From positions 416,001 to 480,000 of the forward strand of contig CAVUWD010000011.1 of the NCBI GenBank assembly GCA_963745025.1: 64,000 nucleotides of DNA, read 5' to 3'. The position numbers and the translations under genes are program-made. The DNA is from an uncultured delta proteobacterium (GTDB lineage Bacteria > Desulfobacterota > Binatia > JACPRU01). The notes beneath the pieces were generated by a model. The model ran no database searches and had not been told where the DNA came from. It was given only the letters and a program-made list of their open reading frames with translations. Positions 1-9,758 of this stretch are shown here, piece by piece; position 1 is the first letter of the stretch, and each line of letters opens with the position of its first letter.

Positions 1-855
1 CACGCGATCGGTGGCGATGCCGTTCGCTCCGATACCGGCGGCGAAGTCCCAGCGCGCGAGCAGGCCCTCTGCCGCGGGCTCGCCGCCCGCGCCGAGCGCG
101 CGCACCTCCTCGCGGCCGAGCGCGCGGCCGTAGAGCTTCGGGCGATCGAGCTTGCCGTTGAAATGTCCGCCGACGATCGGTCGCGACGCGTCGCCGCTCT
201 CCACCCAGCCCGCCATCACCAGCGGCACACCGGCGTCAGCGAGAACGGCGTCGGCCCGGGCTTCGACGAACGCGTCGCCGTCGATCGGGCAGACGGGACC
301 GAGCAGGCTGTTCACCGAGTTGACGATCGGGGTTTGCGCGATCCAGGCGCGACCGGCCGCCGGATCGAAGCCGGCCGCGATCGAGTACCAGACCGAGGGG
401 AGCAGCGGCTTCCCGGAAGCGACGACCGCCACGCGGCCCCTGCCGTCGCCGAGCAGCAGCGCGGGCCCTTCGGCGTCGAGCACGAGCGCGTATCCGGCCT
501 TGCGGGGCCCCGACCAACGGGTGATCAGCCCTTGGCGCCCCTTCGCCGGCGTCGTCGGATAGACGTAGGCGTGCAGGGCGAAGGCGCCACCGGGGTGAAG
601 CCGCCCGCGGTCGTCGACCACCACGTGCGAGCCCGGGTGGATCGGCTGGAAGCGGCCGGGGTACACGCCGGAGAGCGCGGTCTCGACCGGCATCTCCTTG
701 AAGCCGGGGCCGGCCGGATTGGTATCACCGTTCACCAGACGAACGACGTCGGCGCGATACGAACCCGGCTCCGATGCGCTGACGAAGAAGCGGATCGTCT
801 CGCCGGGCGCGACGCTCGGGCGATCGCTGTATCCGTGAATGTCGGTCTTCTGCAC
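1..855 (-). CDS. dmfA2: N,N-dimethylformamidase large subunit homologue (5' part; runs off window start)
   Basis: Not in the ORF track. My translation from GTG at 855 is MQKTDIHGYSDRPSVAPGETIRFFVSASEPGSYRADVVRLVNGDTNPAGPGFKE, matching the DMFase large-subunit N-terminus (GYxDRPSVxxGETIRF...GDxNPAGPGxKE). Purine-rich RBS upstream; lies directly after the small-subunit gene. Confidence 0.85.
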   Translation of the reverse strand, partial: MQKTDIHGYSDRPSVAPGETIRFFVSASEPGSYRADVVRLVNGDTNPAGPGFKEMPVETALSGVYPGRFQPIHPGSHVVVDDRGRLHPGGAFALHAYVYPTTPAKGRQGLITRWSGPRKAGYALVLDAEGPALLLGDGRGRVAVVASGKPLLPSVWYSIAAGFDPAAGRAWIAQTPIVNSVNSLLGPVCPIDGDAFVEARADAVLADAGVPLVMAGWVESGDASRPIVGGHFNGKLDRPKLYGRALGREEVRALGAGGEPAAEGLLARWDFAAGIGANGIATDRV

Positions 856-866
856 GAGCCCCCCCT

Positions 867-1223
867 TCAGGATGCGACGAGATTGCGAACGCGCTCGAGG
901 AACACGCCGTGCAATGCCTCTTCCTCGGTTGCGAAGACCGGCTCGTCGCGTACCTTCGGCGGCTCGCCGCGTACGCCCGAGAGCTTGCCGATCCGATATT
1001 CACGCCACGGCTCGACCGCCACCACCGCGAGCTTTTCCACCTGCGGCGCGCGCCGGAAGTAGTTGAGCAGGCGCCGGAGTGCTTCGCTCTGCGGGCCGCG
1101 TGCCCCATGCGGGTTCGCGCGATGCTCGGCGATCACGTCGTCGGTCGCGAGCGGCTTCAGCTCAGCACGCAGCTGTCGGTCGAAGCGCTCGTAGTATTGG
1201 AGGGCCTTGTCGCGGACGCTCAT
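867..1223 (-). CDS. dmfA1: N,N-dimethylformamidase small subunit homologue
   Basis: 118 aa with EHxANP-G, NYFR, W.EYRI and F.TEEEALH.VFL motifs as in DmfA1; GGAGG RBS; adjacent to the large subunit. Confidence 0.8.
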   Translation of the reverse strand: MSVRDKALQYYERFDRQLRAELKPLATDDVIAEHRANPHGARGPQSEALRRLLNYFRRAPQVEKLAVVAVEPWREYRIGKLSGVRGEPPKVRDEPVFATEEEALHGVFLERVRNLVAS

Positions 1224-1237
1224 ACGTGCCTCCTTCT

Positions 1238-1341
1238 TGGGGACGTTCTTGACCTTCGTAACCTTCGTCGCGCCTCTCCGCTAGCAGGACTTCCTAGCAC
1301 GACGGCCGTGACGAAGGTTACGAAGGTCAAGAACGTCCCCA
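1238..1341. repeat. Perfect 32-bp inverted repeat; empty (non-autonomous) copy of the RAYT-flanking repeat
   Basis: TGGGGACGTTCTTGACCTTCGTAACCTTCGTC (1238-1269) and its exact reverse complement (1310-1341), 40-nt spacer. Confidence 0.95.
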
Positions 1342-1346
1342 CAGGC

Positions 1347-2231
1347 TCAGCGCGGCCCGGCGAAGGCCGGATTCGCCTTCTTCCAGGCGTCGAGCGGCTG
1401 TTCGCTTCGCCAGCGTCGCGCGTACTCGCCGAGCGGTTCGAAGACCACGCCGTCGTGGCGCTCGAAGTGATCGATCAGGCGCTCGAGCATCCGCATGCGG
1501 TGTCCGCGCCCGATCACCTGCGGGTGGAGGGTCAGCGTGTAGAGGCCGCCGCGACAGTTCGCGTACGCATAGTCGAAGTCGCCCCTCCAGATCTCCTCGA
1601 CGACGGAAGGCGCGGAGAGGCCCGTGTTGCTGCCGAGGATGAACTCGAACGGCGGGAAGTCGTCGAGGCCCCAGGTGACCGGCAGCTCCACGAGCGGCGT
1701 CGACTCGCCGAAGACGTACGGCTCGTCGAGCGACCAGCGGTCTCCCCTACGCAGGTAGTACGGATGAAAATCGCTCCCCATGCAGCTCGAGTCGTATTCG
1801 AAGCCGTACTCGAGTAGGAGGTCCACGGTTCTCGGGCTCAGGTCCCACGCCGGGGAGCGGTAGCCTCGCGGCCGTTCTCCGCCGACCTTTTGGAGCGCTT
1901 CGAGGCCGCGCTCGAGGATGCGCCGCTCCCCGGCCTCGTCGAAGCTCGCGGGGTTCTCGTGCACCCATCCGTGGTGGACGATCTCGTGGCCGTCGTCGCG
2001 GATCTGCCGGACGAGGTCCGGATAGGCGAGCGCCGTGTGGCCGGGCACGCACCAGCTCGTGCGAATGCGGTGGCGGCGCAGGAAATCGAGGATGCGAACG
2101 GTGGCGACGGCACCGAACTCACCGCGAGAGATCATGCTCGGGTTCCGCGACTTCATCGAGCCGATCCACACCGACATCGCGTCGAAGTCGAACGTGACGG
2201 AGCAGGAGAGTCTGCGGTTCGCGGGGCTCAC
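1347..2231 (-). CDS. Polysaccharide deacetylase family (PuuE/PgdA-like) metal-dependent amidohydrolase
   Basis: TFDFD, HEIVHHGWVHE, GYRSPAW, YDSS and LHPQVIGR motifs; GTG start at 2231 overlaps the upstream stop (GTGA). Confidence 0.85.
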   Translation of the reverse strand: MSPANRRLSCSVTFDFDAMSVWIGSMKSRNPSMISRGEFGAVATVRILDFLRRHRIRTSWCVPGHTALAYPDLVRQIRDDGHEIVHHGWVHENPASFDEAGERRILERGLEALQKVGGERPRGYRSPAWDLSPRTVDLLLEYGFEYDSSCMGSDFHPYYLRRGDRWSLDEPYVFGESTPLVELPVTWGLDDFPPFEFILGSNTGLSAPSVVEEIWRGDFDYAYANCRGGLYTLTLHPQVIGRGHRMRMLERLIDHFERHDGVVFEPLGEYARRWRSEQPLDAWKKANPAFAGPR

Positions 2232-3118
2232 GGTTTCCTCTCCTTTCGCGCGAGATGCGACGGCCATTCCCGGTAGAGCCGGGCGCGGCGGCGGCGATCG
2301 CGGAACGTCGGTGCGGCGCCCGTTTCCCGGTTCGCGTGCAAGAGACCGAGGTCGAGCTCGGCCCGGATCACCGTCTCGCGGTTCGCCTCGGCCTCCGCGA
2401 GCACGCCCCGCGCCGGCCACGGCACGTCGCACGGTCCGAGGATCGAGCTTCGACCCCACGCGCCGGGAAGCGGCGCGCCGGGCGCGCCGACCGCGCAGCA
2501 GTGCACCACGTAGATCTGGTTCTCGATCGCGCGCGCCTGCGCGCAATGCCGGACGCGCCAGAAGCCGTGCTCCGTCAGCGTGAACGACGGGCAGAGGACG
2601 ACCTCGACGCCTTGCTCCGCGTAGCTCGAGGCGCACTCGGGGATCTCCGCCTCGTAGCAGATGGCGACGCCCACGCGTGCGAAGCCGAGATCGACCGCCT
2701 CGAGCCGCTCGCCCTCCCCGCTTCCCCACGCGGACTCCGCCGGGAAGATGTGGGTCTTCGCGTGCGTGTGAACCCGTCCGCCCGGCTCGAAGAGATGCGC
2801 GACGTTGAGCGTCTGGCCCCCCGGGCGAACCAGGTGAGAGCCGGCGAGGATCGCCTGGCCGCGCGCGCGTGCCTCGCCGGCGAAGAGCGCGCGGTATTCA
2901 CCCGTGAAGGTATCGATGCGCGGCAGGTCGGCGAGCGGCGCCTCGCGCCATCCCGGGAGGGCCGTGAAGAGCTCGATCGTGAAGAGCTCCGGGAAAACCG
3001 CGAGGTCCGCGCCGCGCGCGTCGTCGAGGAGCGTGCGGACGTGGACGGCGAAGTCCGCGAAGTTCCTGACGGGCCGGAGCGCGAGCTGACAGGCGGCTAC
3101 CGAGAGCGTGCGAGCCAT
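2228..3118 (-). CDS. Carbon-nitrogen hydrolase (nitrilase superfamily)
   Basis: Glu-Lys-Cys triad contexts VFPELF, AKTHIF and ICYEAEIPE; ARAIENQ; ATG at 3118. Confidence 0.9.
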   Translation of the reverse strand: MARTLSVAACQLALRPVRNFADFAVHVRTLLDDARGADLAVFPELFTIELFTALPGWREAPLADLPRIDTFTGEYRALFAGEARARGQAILAGSHLVRPGGQTLNVAHLFEPGGRVHTHAKTHIFPAESAWGSGEGERLEAVDLGFARVGVAICYEAEIPECASSYAEQGVEVVLCPSFTLTEHGFWRVRHCAQARAIENQIYVVHCCAVGAPGAPLPGAWGRSSILGPCDVPWPARGVLAEAEANRETVIRAELDLGLLHANRETGAAPTFRDRRRRARLYREWPSHLARKERKP

Positions 3119-3173
3119 CGCCGAAACCCCGGTGAATCTAGAGCACGGCGCGGGCTCCGGCAACAAGCGACAA

Positions 3174-4381
3174 GGGGACGTTCTTAACCTTCGTGACCTT
3201 CGTGACTCCGGCTGACCCTGGGGATCCTTACGTCAGGGAACTGGCAACGTTGCGAGGAGCGCAGACCAGCGTTTGCTGCCCTGACGGCCGCGGCGCGCAA
3301 TGCGACAGAGGGATTCGGGCCGAATCCCGATGGCTTGGGCAAGCTGCGAGGCCCGCTGTCCGAGACATTCGATCCAGAGGAAGGCAAGCGCTTCCCTCGC
3401 CTTCGAGCAGGCCGGGAGCTTGTTGCCAGACGTGAGCGCAGCGCGCGGAGCGCCCGTGGCCGCGGTGACGAAGTCGATGAGCACGTCGAGCGGCGGAGGG
3501 TTCTGGCGCAACGGAGCAATCGCCGGCGGGGCAGCCTCTCTTCGGATCTGATCCAGGAACGCCTCGCTCCTGAGGATACGTTCTTCCGCTCGCTGTCGGC
3601 GGCTGCGCTCTGCAAGGGTCGCGACCGTTCGCCAGACCTTGCCGCGCCGGGTCGTTTCGCGCATCGGTTTCTCGTCGAGGCCCTCCGCGACGAAGGTTCT
3701 GTAGTTCAGCCGCCCGGTCTCGCGGGTCTGGCCGAAAGCCGCCAGGACGTACTCGACGTCGAGGAAGCGTGCGGGTCGGTTTCCGAGAATTGCCGGGTGA
3801 CCTGTCGTCGACTCGTAGTCGAGCTGGTCGATGCTGGTGAGGAGCTTGGCCCGGATGGGGTTCAGGTGGATGTAGCGCACGAGCTCGCGGAAGTACTCGG
3901 CCTCTTCGCAAAGGATGGACTTGAAGCGGTTCTGGAAGAGGTGTCCGGCGCGCTTGTGGCGGAGATTGAAGGACACGGCGTAGCCTGTGAGGAGCGAGCT
4001 CATCGCTCGGCTGATCGGCCTATTGCGGGTACGGGCGAGGATGTGGAAATGGTTGGGCATAAGAGAGAAAGCGTAGATCGAGATCGCTCCCGCCTCGACC
4101 AGGCGTTCGAGGCGGTCGAGGAAGTCGAGGCGGTCTTCGTCGGTGACGAAGATCGAGCAGCGCTCTATCCCGCGCGCCATCAGGTGATGGAGCGCCCCCT
4201 CCGCGTCGAGCCTCGGTCCCCTCGGCATGTTCGTGGCCGCGGGGGCAGAGGGTGGCGCGGATTGTGTTAGCAGCGACGCGGCAGGAGGAGGAACAAGAAG
4301 AAAGAGCGGGGACGCTCCCAACCTTGATGACCTTCGAGGCGAGAACGCCCGACGAAGGTTGCGAAGGTAAAGAACGTCCCC
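3174..4381. mobile_element. RAYT locus bounded by 31-bp inverted repeats
   Basis: GGGGACGTTCTTAACCTTCGTGACCTTCGTG (3174-3204) and inverted GACGAAGGTTGCGAAGGTAAAGAACGTCCCC (4351-4381); extra degenerate direct copy at 4308-4338. Confidence 0.8.
3233..4228 (-). CDS. REP-associated tyrosine (Y1 HUH) transposase, RAYT-type, with C-terminal HTH extension
   Basis: MPRxxR start, HHLMARG, LMPNHFHIL (HUH), GHLFQNRFKS, RYIHLNP (catalytic Tyr); C-terminal helical HTH-like segment. Confidence 0.9.
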   Translation of the reverse strand: MPRGPRLDAEGALHHLMARGIERCSIFVTDEDRLDFLDRLERLVEAGAISIYAFSLMPNHFHILARTRNRPISRAMSSLLTGYAVSFNLRHKRAGHLFQNRFKSILCEEAEYFRELVRYIHLNPIRAKLLTSIDQLDYESTTGHPAILGNRPARFLDVEYVLAAFGQTRETGRLNYRTFVAEGLDEKPMRETTRRGKVWRTVATLAERSRRQRAEERILRSEAFLDQIRREAAPPAIAPLRQNPPPLDVLIDFVTAATGAPRAALTSGNKLPACSKAREALAFLWIECLGQRASQLAQAIGIRPESLCRIARRGRQGSKRWSALLATLPVP

Positions 4382-4395
4382 TATCGTCGCGCGCC

Positions 4396-5172
4396 ATGAC
4401 CACCACGACCTACGACTGGGACGCGATCGTCAACGGGCTGAATCAGTACCTCCGCCTGCGTTCGATTCCGATCGGCATGAAGCTCTTCGAGAGCGTCGAA
4501 GAGATGGAGGCGATTCCGAAGATCCGTCGGCCCAAGGCCAAACACACCACCGACCAGATCGTAGCCCAGGCCCGTCAGCTCGGCTGGACCGTCGGGATCA
4601 CCATGGCGGATCTCGTCGGCGCGCAGTGCGGGACGGTGATCGGACTCCATCCACGGGACGACGAGTGGCTCTCCGGCAAGGCGATGGCCGGGGTGTGGTT
4701 CAAGACCGTCGAGGACTCGGCCGCTCACCAGCGCGCGATGGATTGCGTCCCGCACGGGCGCTACCGCGCCATGGCGGTCGCGCCGTTGACGAGCGGCCGT
4801 CTCGACCCGCCGGACGTCTGCCTGATCTACGGTACGCCGGGTCAGATGATCTTCTTCATCAACGGTCTCCAGTGGACGGGGTACAGGAAACTGAGTTTCA
4901 CCTCGGTCGGCGAGTCGGCTTGCGCCGATTCGTGGGGCAAGGCGCTGAAGACGGGCGAGCCCGCGCTCACCATCCCCTGCTACGCGGAGCGGCGCTACGG
5001 AGGCGTGGCCGACGACGAGCTCCTGATGGCCATTCCGCCCCGCTTCCTGCCGGGAGCGATCGAGGGGCTCGCGGCGCTCAGCCGCAACGGGCTGCGCTAT
5101 CCGATCCCGCCCTACGGCATCCAGAGCGACGCCGCCGCGGGACTCGCGGTGAGCTACTCGAGCAAGAAGTGA
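4396..5172 (+). CDS. DUF169 family protein
   Basis: PIGMKL, ARxxGWT, PDVCLIYGTPGQM, ESACADSW and PCYAERRYGG pattern. Confidence 0.75.
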   Translation: MTTTTYDWDAIVNGLNQYLRLRSIPIGMKLFESVEEMEAIPKIRRPKAKHTTDQIVAQARQLGWTVGITMADLVGAQCGTVIGLHPRDDEWLSGKAMAGVWFKTVEDSAAHQRAMDCVPHGRYRAMAVAPLTSGRLDPPDVCLIYGTPGQMIFFINGLQWTGYRKLSFTSVGESACADSWGKALKTGEPALTIPCYAERRYGGVADDELLMAIPPRFLPGAIEGLAALSRNGLRYPIPPYGIQSDAAAGLAVSYSSKK

Positions 5173-5252
5173 GCTCGACCGCTCGCCGCGTCGGAGCGCG
5201 ACTACCGAAGCTCGTTCGCATTCTCCGCCGAGTCGTTCTCAGCTCCCCGGCC

Positions 5253-6539
5253 TCAGCGCGGCGGCGGCTTCTCCCAACCGAGAAGATTGATCTCGTCGAG
5301 CGGAACGGGATCTCTGTCGAGCACCAGGACCAATCGCAGGCCGTCGGTGAAGAACGGGCTGCCGTCCGTCATGTGGTGGGGCTGCGACGACGGGGCGGCG
5401 CCCACGCCCTTCACCCAGCCGAAGCGCGCCACGCCTTGTGAGCGCAGCATGTCCTGCGCGAGGTAGTTCCTGGCCTCGTCGACGTCCGGGTCGACCTCGT
5501 GTCCGATGAAGCTCTTCCAGCTGAAAATGAGACCCACGTCGCGGCTGATCTGGCCGATCCATACCGGCTTGCCCGCGAGCCGGAGCTGCGTCCGCCAGAT
5601 GCGCAGGTGGTTGCGCTCGCGGGCGGTCTCGCGCGATTTCTGCAGCGCAATGTCCTGGCGCCGCCCGAAGAGGTAGATCGGGCTGATCGGTGCGTGCCGG
5701 TACTGACTGGAGAAGAAGTAAGACCAGAAGGTCTCCAGGGCCGAGCTCCCCCTCAAGACCTCGGTGACTTGCCAGCCGCTGCGGACGAAGCTCGGGAAGA
5801 CCTCGTCCGCCTGGCCGATCAGGACGAAGTTCAGCGGGTCCTCCATGCCGCGGCCGTCCTCGGTCGCGGCGCAGCAGGGCATGGCTTCGAGCGCGGCCCG
5901 CAGCTCGGCCTCGCTCACGTCGCGGATCGGTTCCGCGCTGAGCTTCTCGAGATCGACCTCCTGGTAATCGGCTTTCACGTTGGCGATCTTGATCATGAAG
6001 AAGAACTGCACCAGCCGGTCCGGTCGGATCAGGTCCACGTTCACCGCCTTGGCGCCGCGGCTCGAGTTGGTGAAGACGAACCCGCTGATGCTCTGGCCGG
6101 GGCCGACGTAAGAGCCGATCGCGCTGGCCAGGAATTGGGCGCGCATGCGCTCGTTCGCCGATCCCGAGAAGCGGTAGCGGGCGCGATTCGCGGCCTCGAG
6201 CGGCGTGAAGTAGTCTGGATCCAGTGCGAGCGGGAGGAACCAGTAGGCGTCCTCCGTGTGGTTGGCGATCACCAGGCTCACCGGCTGGATGTTCTGCTTC
6301 GCCAGCGACACCCCGAACAGCCGCTCGACCTCGTCGTCACTGGGTATGGCGACGCTCACGCGGAGGCCGGCGCGATCCTGCGTCACGGCGCCCGCCGGGA
6401 GGGCGAGGGTGTCGATCGGCGCAGGGCGATAGCACGCGCAGCCTCCGGCGATGGCGCAGACGGCGAGCAGCGCCGACGCCCGAGACGCTCTCGGCGCGCT
6501 TCGACGAAGGCCATCGAGCGCTCGCAGACGGACCCCCAT
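5253..6539 (-). CDS. Exported protein with LssY-like C-terminal domain
   Basis: Hydrophobic/lipobox-like N-terminus; DPLNFVLIG, APISPIYLFGRRQD, RNHLRIW, WIGQISRDVG and HEVDPDVDEAR; start uncertain. Confidence 0.7.
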   Translation of the reverse strand: MGVRLRALDGLRRSAPRASRASALLAVCAIAGGCACYRPAPIDTLALPAGAVTQDRAGLRVSVAIPSDDEVERLFGVSLAKQNIQPVSLVIANHTEDAYWFLPLALDPDYFTPLEAANRARYRFSGSANERMRAQFLASAIGSYVGPGQSISGFVFTNSSRGAKAVNVDLIRPDRLVQFFFMIKIANVKADYQEVDLEKLSAEPIRDVSEAELRAALEAMPCCAATEDGRGMEDPLNFVLIGQADEVFPSFVRSGWQVTEVLRGSSALETFWSYFFSSQYRHAPISPIYLFGRRQDIALQKSRETARERNHLRIWRTQLRLAGKPVWIGQISRDVGLIFSWKSFIGHEVDPDVDEARNYLAQDMLRSQGVARFGWVKGVGAAPSSQPHHMTDGSPFFTDGLRLVLVLDRDPVPLDEINLLGWEKPPPR

Positions 6540-7142
6540 GAAGGAAGTCGTAGAGCACCGAGCGCCCGATCTCAAGAGCCGCGAGCGCAGGCGCGGAGAC
6601 TTTCAGACCGTGCGCGAGAACCCGCCGCGGGCTGCGCCGGGCCGGCGGAGGTGATGCGCGCGCGGTTCAGCCTCATCTCCCTCTCATCTCTTTCTCATCT
6701 CCCAAACCTGATTGTGGTGCATGCAGCAGGGCTCCGTCTCGTTTGTTTCTTATCAGTGGGACAATGCCAGCCAATACTTCTCACATCTAGGATGTATTGA
6801 CACTGCGCCGCACTGGGATGGGGCTCAACACCGGTCAGCAACTCGGTGATCTGCTGGCAGTTGACGCGTCGTGGCTCGCGGGTTGCCCGATCTGCAATTA
6901 CGGGCATGCAACTTGCTGCTGCCGATATTCCAGAAGTGATAGCAGCATTTGCCATTGATGCTGTGAAGGATGTCGACCCATGGTTGTCGTGTCTCGCACT
7001 AGAGGACGGGGCAGCCCTCGGCAGTTCGTCTCTCCCCTTACGCTTCAGTTCTCCGCCCGGACACGCGCGCCGCCGTAGTTGTGGGAGATCTTGCTTCAGT
7101 TCCGCGCGGCGCAAAACGTACGAGATTGCGGAGGGTCGCACC

Positions 7143-7652
7143 ATGAAACCGTACAGACGATCTTATCCCATTCTCTGTTTAGCCACGCTTCTGCTCGGCG
7201 CCATCGCCTGCGGTGGTGACGGCGGTGGGGGGGACGGTGAAAGCTTCATCGTCACGGGCTTGTGGACTATGGCGCCCACGGGGGTTGCCGCGGCGACGCC
7301 CAACAACGCCGATTGCAACGACCTCGCGTCCGGAGTCGGTGCCTTCCCGGGCAGGGAGTTACAAGTCACGCAGCTAGATGGCACTGTTACAGCGACCGGT
7401 GGATTCGATGAGTTCAACGGCACCGTGAATACGTCGGACCAATCGTTCCAGCTCCTCGATGCCCAGGAAACGGTCATTGATCTCGGCGCTACTATTCCTG
7501 GATGCGTCGTCACTGCGATCGTGAACATCGACTTTTTCAATGCTGCTGGGGATAGCGCAGACCCCGTCAACGAGGCCGGGGGGTTTACTGGCAATTCGGC
7601 ATGCCCTTTCCAGTGCACGCTCGTGTTCAACACCACTGCAGTTAGGAGTTGA
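7143..7652 (+). CDS. Hypothetical lipoprotein
   Basis: GGAGG RBS; signal with lipobox LLGAIAC followed by a Gly linker; more A/T-ending codons than neighbouring genes. Confidence 0.7.
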   Translation: MKPYRRSYPILCLATLLLGAIACGGDGGGGDGESFIVTGLWTMAPTGVAAATPNNADCNDLASGVGAFPGRELQVTQLDGTVTATGGFDEFNGTVNTSDQSFQLLDAQETVIDLGATIPGCVVTAIVNIDFFNAAGDSADPVNEAGGFTGNSACPFQCTLVFNTTAVRS

Positions 7653-7746
7653 AGGGCGCTCATGACTGGCTGTCAGTAGAACCTGGCGCTCGACCAGAGC
7701 AGGATCAGAGTACCCGACTCCCACGGCGAACAAAGGAGGTCGCGTC

Positions 7747-8991
7747 GTGGTGAGAGTGTTCGTGATCGCGATTCTCGCGGCGGGATGCAGCGGCTCGGTC
7801 GCCGTTCCGCCGCGGGCTCTAACCACCGAGGGCTCAGTATCGGCCGCCGCCACCGACCCCGAGGTCGCCGAGACCCTGCGGCGGGCCGCTGAGATCGAGC
7901 ACGAATTGCGAGAGCGGGGCCTCGTCCTCGACGACGACCCCGAGCTTCAGGCGTATCTCGATTCGGTGGGGCGGCGGGTCGTCTCGGCCGCTCGCCTGCC
8001 GGCGCCGGAGTATCGCTTCGGCGTGCTGCGCGACCCGTTCCTCAACGCGTTCGCTCTGCCGAACGGCAGCGTCTACGTGCACATGGGCATGATCGCGAGG
8101 ATCGAGAGCGAGGCGCAGCTCGCCTACGTCCTCGGTCACGAGGTGGCGCACGTTTCCCGCGGCCACAGCCTCGCTCTGCTTCGTCGCATCGAGTCGACGA
8201 CGGTGAAGGCGAAGCTCGCCGACGTCCTCGTCGGCGTCGTGGCGGCGCCGATCATCGGGGCCGTGCATGCGGGGACGATCTCCGCTTACAGTCGCGAGAA
8301 CGAAGCCGAGGCCGACAGCGAGGCGCTGCAGCTGGGCGCTGCGGCAGGCTACAGCGCCAAGGACGCGATCCGCCTCTTCTCGCTGATGGACGATCGCGAG
8401 GAGCTGAGCGGCGCGGCGGTCTACTTCAGCGACCATCCGGCCGGCTCCGAGCGAATCGCCGCCGCCGTCGATCTGCTGGCGAGCGGCGCAGTTCCGGCGG
8501 GCGGGATCGACGGCCGAGAGACGCACCGCGCCGCAACCCGCCGCGCCGCGCTGCGCACGATCGACCTCTGCCTTCAGCGCCAGTTCTACGCCAAGGGCCT
8601 GAGGGAGGCCGACACGCAAAGCGCGCGGCGCGGCGACGATCCGTGGCTTCTCTACTACGGCGCAGAGGCTCATCGGCTGATCGCGGCCGACCCGCAGGGG
8701 GCCGCCCGGGAGGACGCGCTCCGCCATGGCCGCGCCCGTCCGGAGGATTCACTGGTCGAATCGTTCCGTTCGCGCCGGGCGGACGAGCAAGCCGCCGCGG
8801 AGAAGGGGTTTCGCAGGGCGCTGGCCGTCGACCCGACCTTCGCACCGGCGCATCGCGGGCTCGGACTGCTGGCACGCGACCGGGGCGATCGCGCCACGGC
8901 TCACGACGAACTTTCCGCTTATCTACGCGGCGCCGACTCGGTTCCGGACCGCCGCTCGATCGAGCGCATCCTCGAGGAGATCGGCTCATGA
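7747..8991 (+). CDS. M48 family Zn metalloprotease lipoprotein with C-terminal TPR (BepA-like)
   Basis: Lipobox LAAGC; NAFALPNG, GHEVAH (HExxH), YSRENEAEAD, SDHP; AGGAGG RBS. Confidence 0.9.
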   Translation: MVRVFVIAILAAGCSGSVAVPPRALTTEGSVSAAATDPEVAETLRRAAEIEHELRERGLVLDDDPELQAYLDSVGRRVVSAARLPAPEYRFGVLRDPFLNAFALPNGSVYVHMGMIARIESEAQLAYVLGHEVAHVSRGHSLALLRRIESTTVKAKLADVLVGVVAAPIIGAVHAGTISAYSRENEAEADSEALQLGAAAGYSAKDAIRLFSLMDDREELSGAAVYFSDHPAGSERIAAAVDLLASGAVPAGGIDGRETHRAATRRAALRTIDLCLQRQFYAKGLREADTQSARRGDDPWLLYYGAEAHRLIAADPQGAAREDALRHGRARPEDSLVESFRSRRADEQAAAEKGFRRALAVDPTFAPAHRGLGLLARDRGDRATAHDELSAYLRGADSVPDRRSIERILEEIGS

Positions 8992-9758
8992 TCCACCGGC
9001 TCGATCGCCGAGCCTTGCTCGTGCTGCTGGCCCTGGGCGGCGGTGCGCTGTCGGCCTGCATGACGATGGCGCGCGTGCATCCGGAGCTCGAGGCGCGCCG
9101 CTCGCGCATCGCGCGCGTCGCCGTGCTCCCGCCCGAGACGAAGTTCACGCTCGTCACGTTCAAGGGAGACAACCCACGGATGAGCAGGGAAGAAGAGAAC
9201 GCGAAGGCCGCGCTGCCGGGGATGATCGCGGCGAAGCTCCGCGAGCACGGGCTCGTCATCGACGAGGCCGGCGTCGCGTCCAGCTCGGATCTCCGGTTCC
9301 AGGCAACCGAGCTGCAGGCGACTTTCGGTCAGGCGCTCGGCGACCTGTTCGCGACGCCGGCAGGAACCAAGCCGATCCAGACGAGCAGGTCCCTCGGCGC
9401 TCAGGCGGCCCGGGTTGCCGACCCTCTCGGGGTGGATGCCCTCGCGCTCGTGCGGGTCGAGGGTTACACGAAATCGGGTGGTGAGATCGCCAAGGACTAC
9501 GCAAAGAGCGTCGCCGGCACCCTCCTGACTCTCGGCATCCTGGTTCCGGTCCCCTCCCCGATGAGCGGGGCGGCTATGGTCTGCGCGTTAGTCGACGGGA
9601 GCACGGGCGACGTGCTTTGGACGAACGTCGTTCGCTCGCAAAGCGTCAGCTTCGATACCTCGGGGATGCAAGCTCTCGTAGACGCCGTCTTCAAGGACTT
9701 CCCGGCTGGTAGGTTCGGCGCCGAGGGCGCCGCCGCGGTGAAGCCTGGGGAGAATTGA
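8988..9758 (+). CDS. Hypothetical lipoprotein
   Basis: ATGA overlap with the M48 gene; lipobox LSAC; LVDGSTGDVLW motif common in outer-membrane lipoproteins. Confidence 0.75.
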   Translation: MIHRLDRRALLVLLALGGGALSACMTMARVHPELEARRSRIARVAVLPPETKFTLVTFKGDNPRMSREEENAKAALPGMIAAKLREHGLVIDEAGVASSSDLRFQATELQATFGQALGDLFATPAGTKPIQTSRSLGAQAARVADPLGVDALALVRVEGYTKSGGEIAKDYAKSVAGTLLTLGILVPVPSPMSGAAMVCALVDGSTGDVLWTNVVRSQSVSFDTSGMQALVDAVFKDFPAGRFGAEGAAAVKPGEN

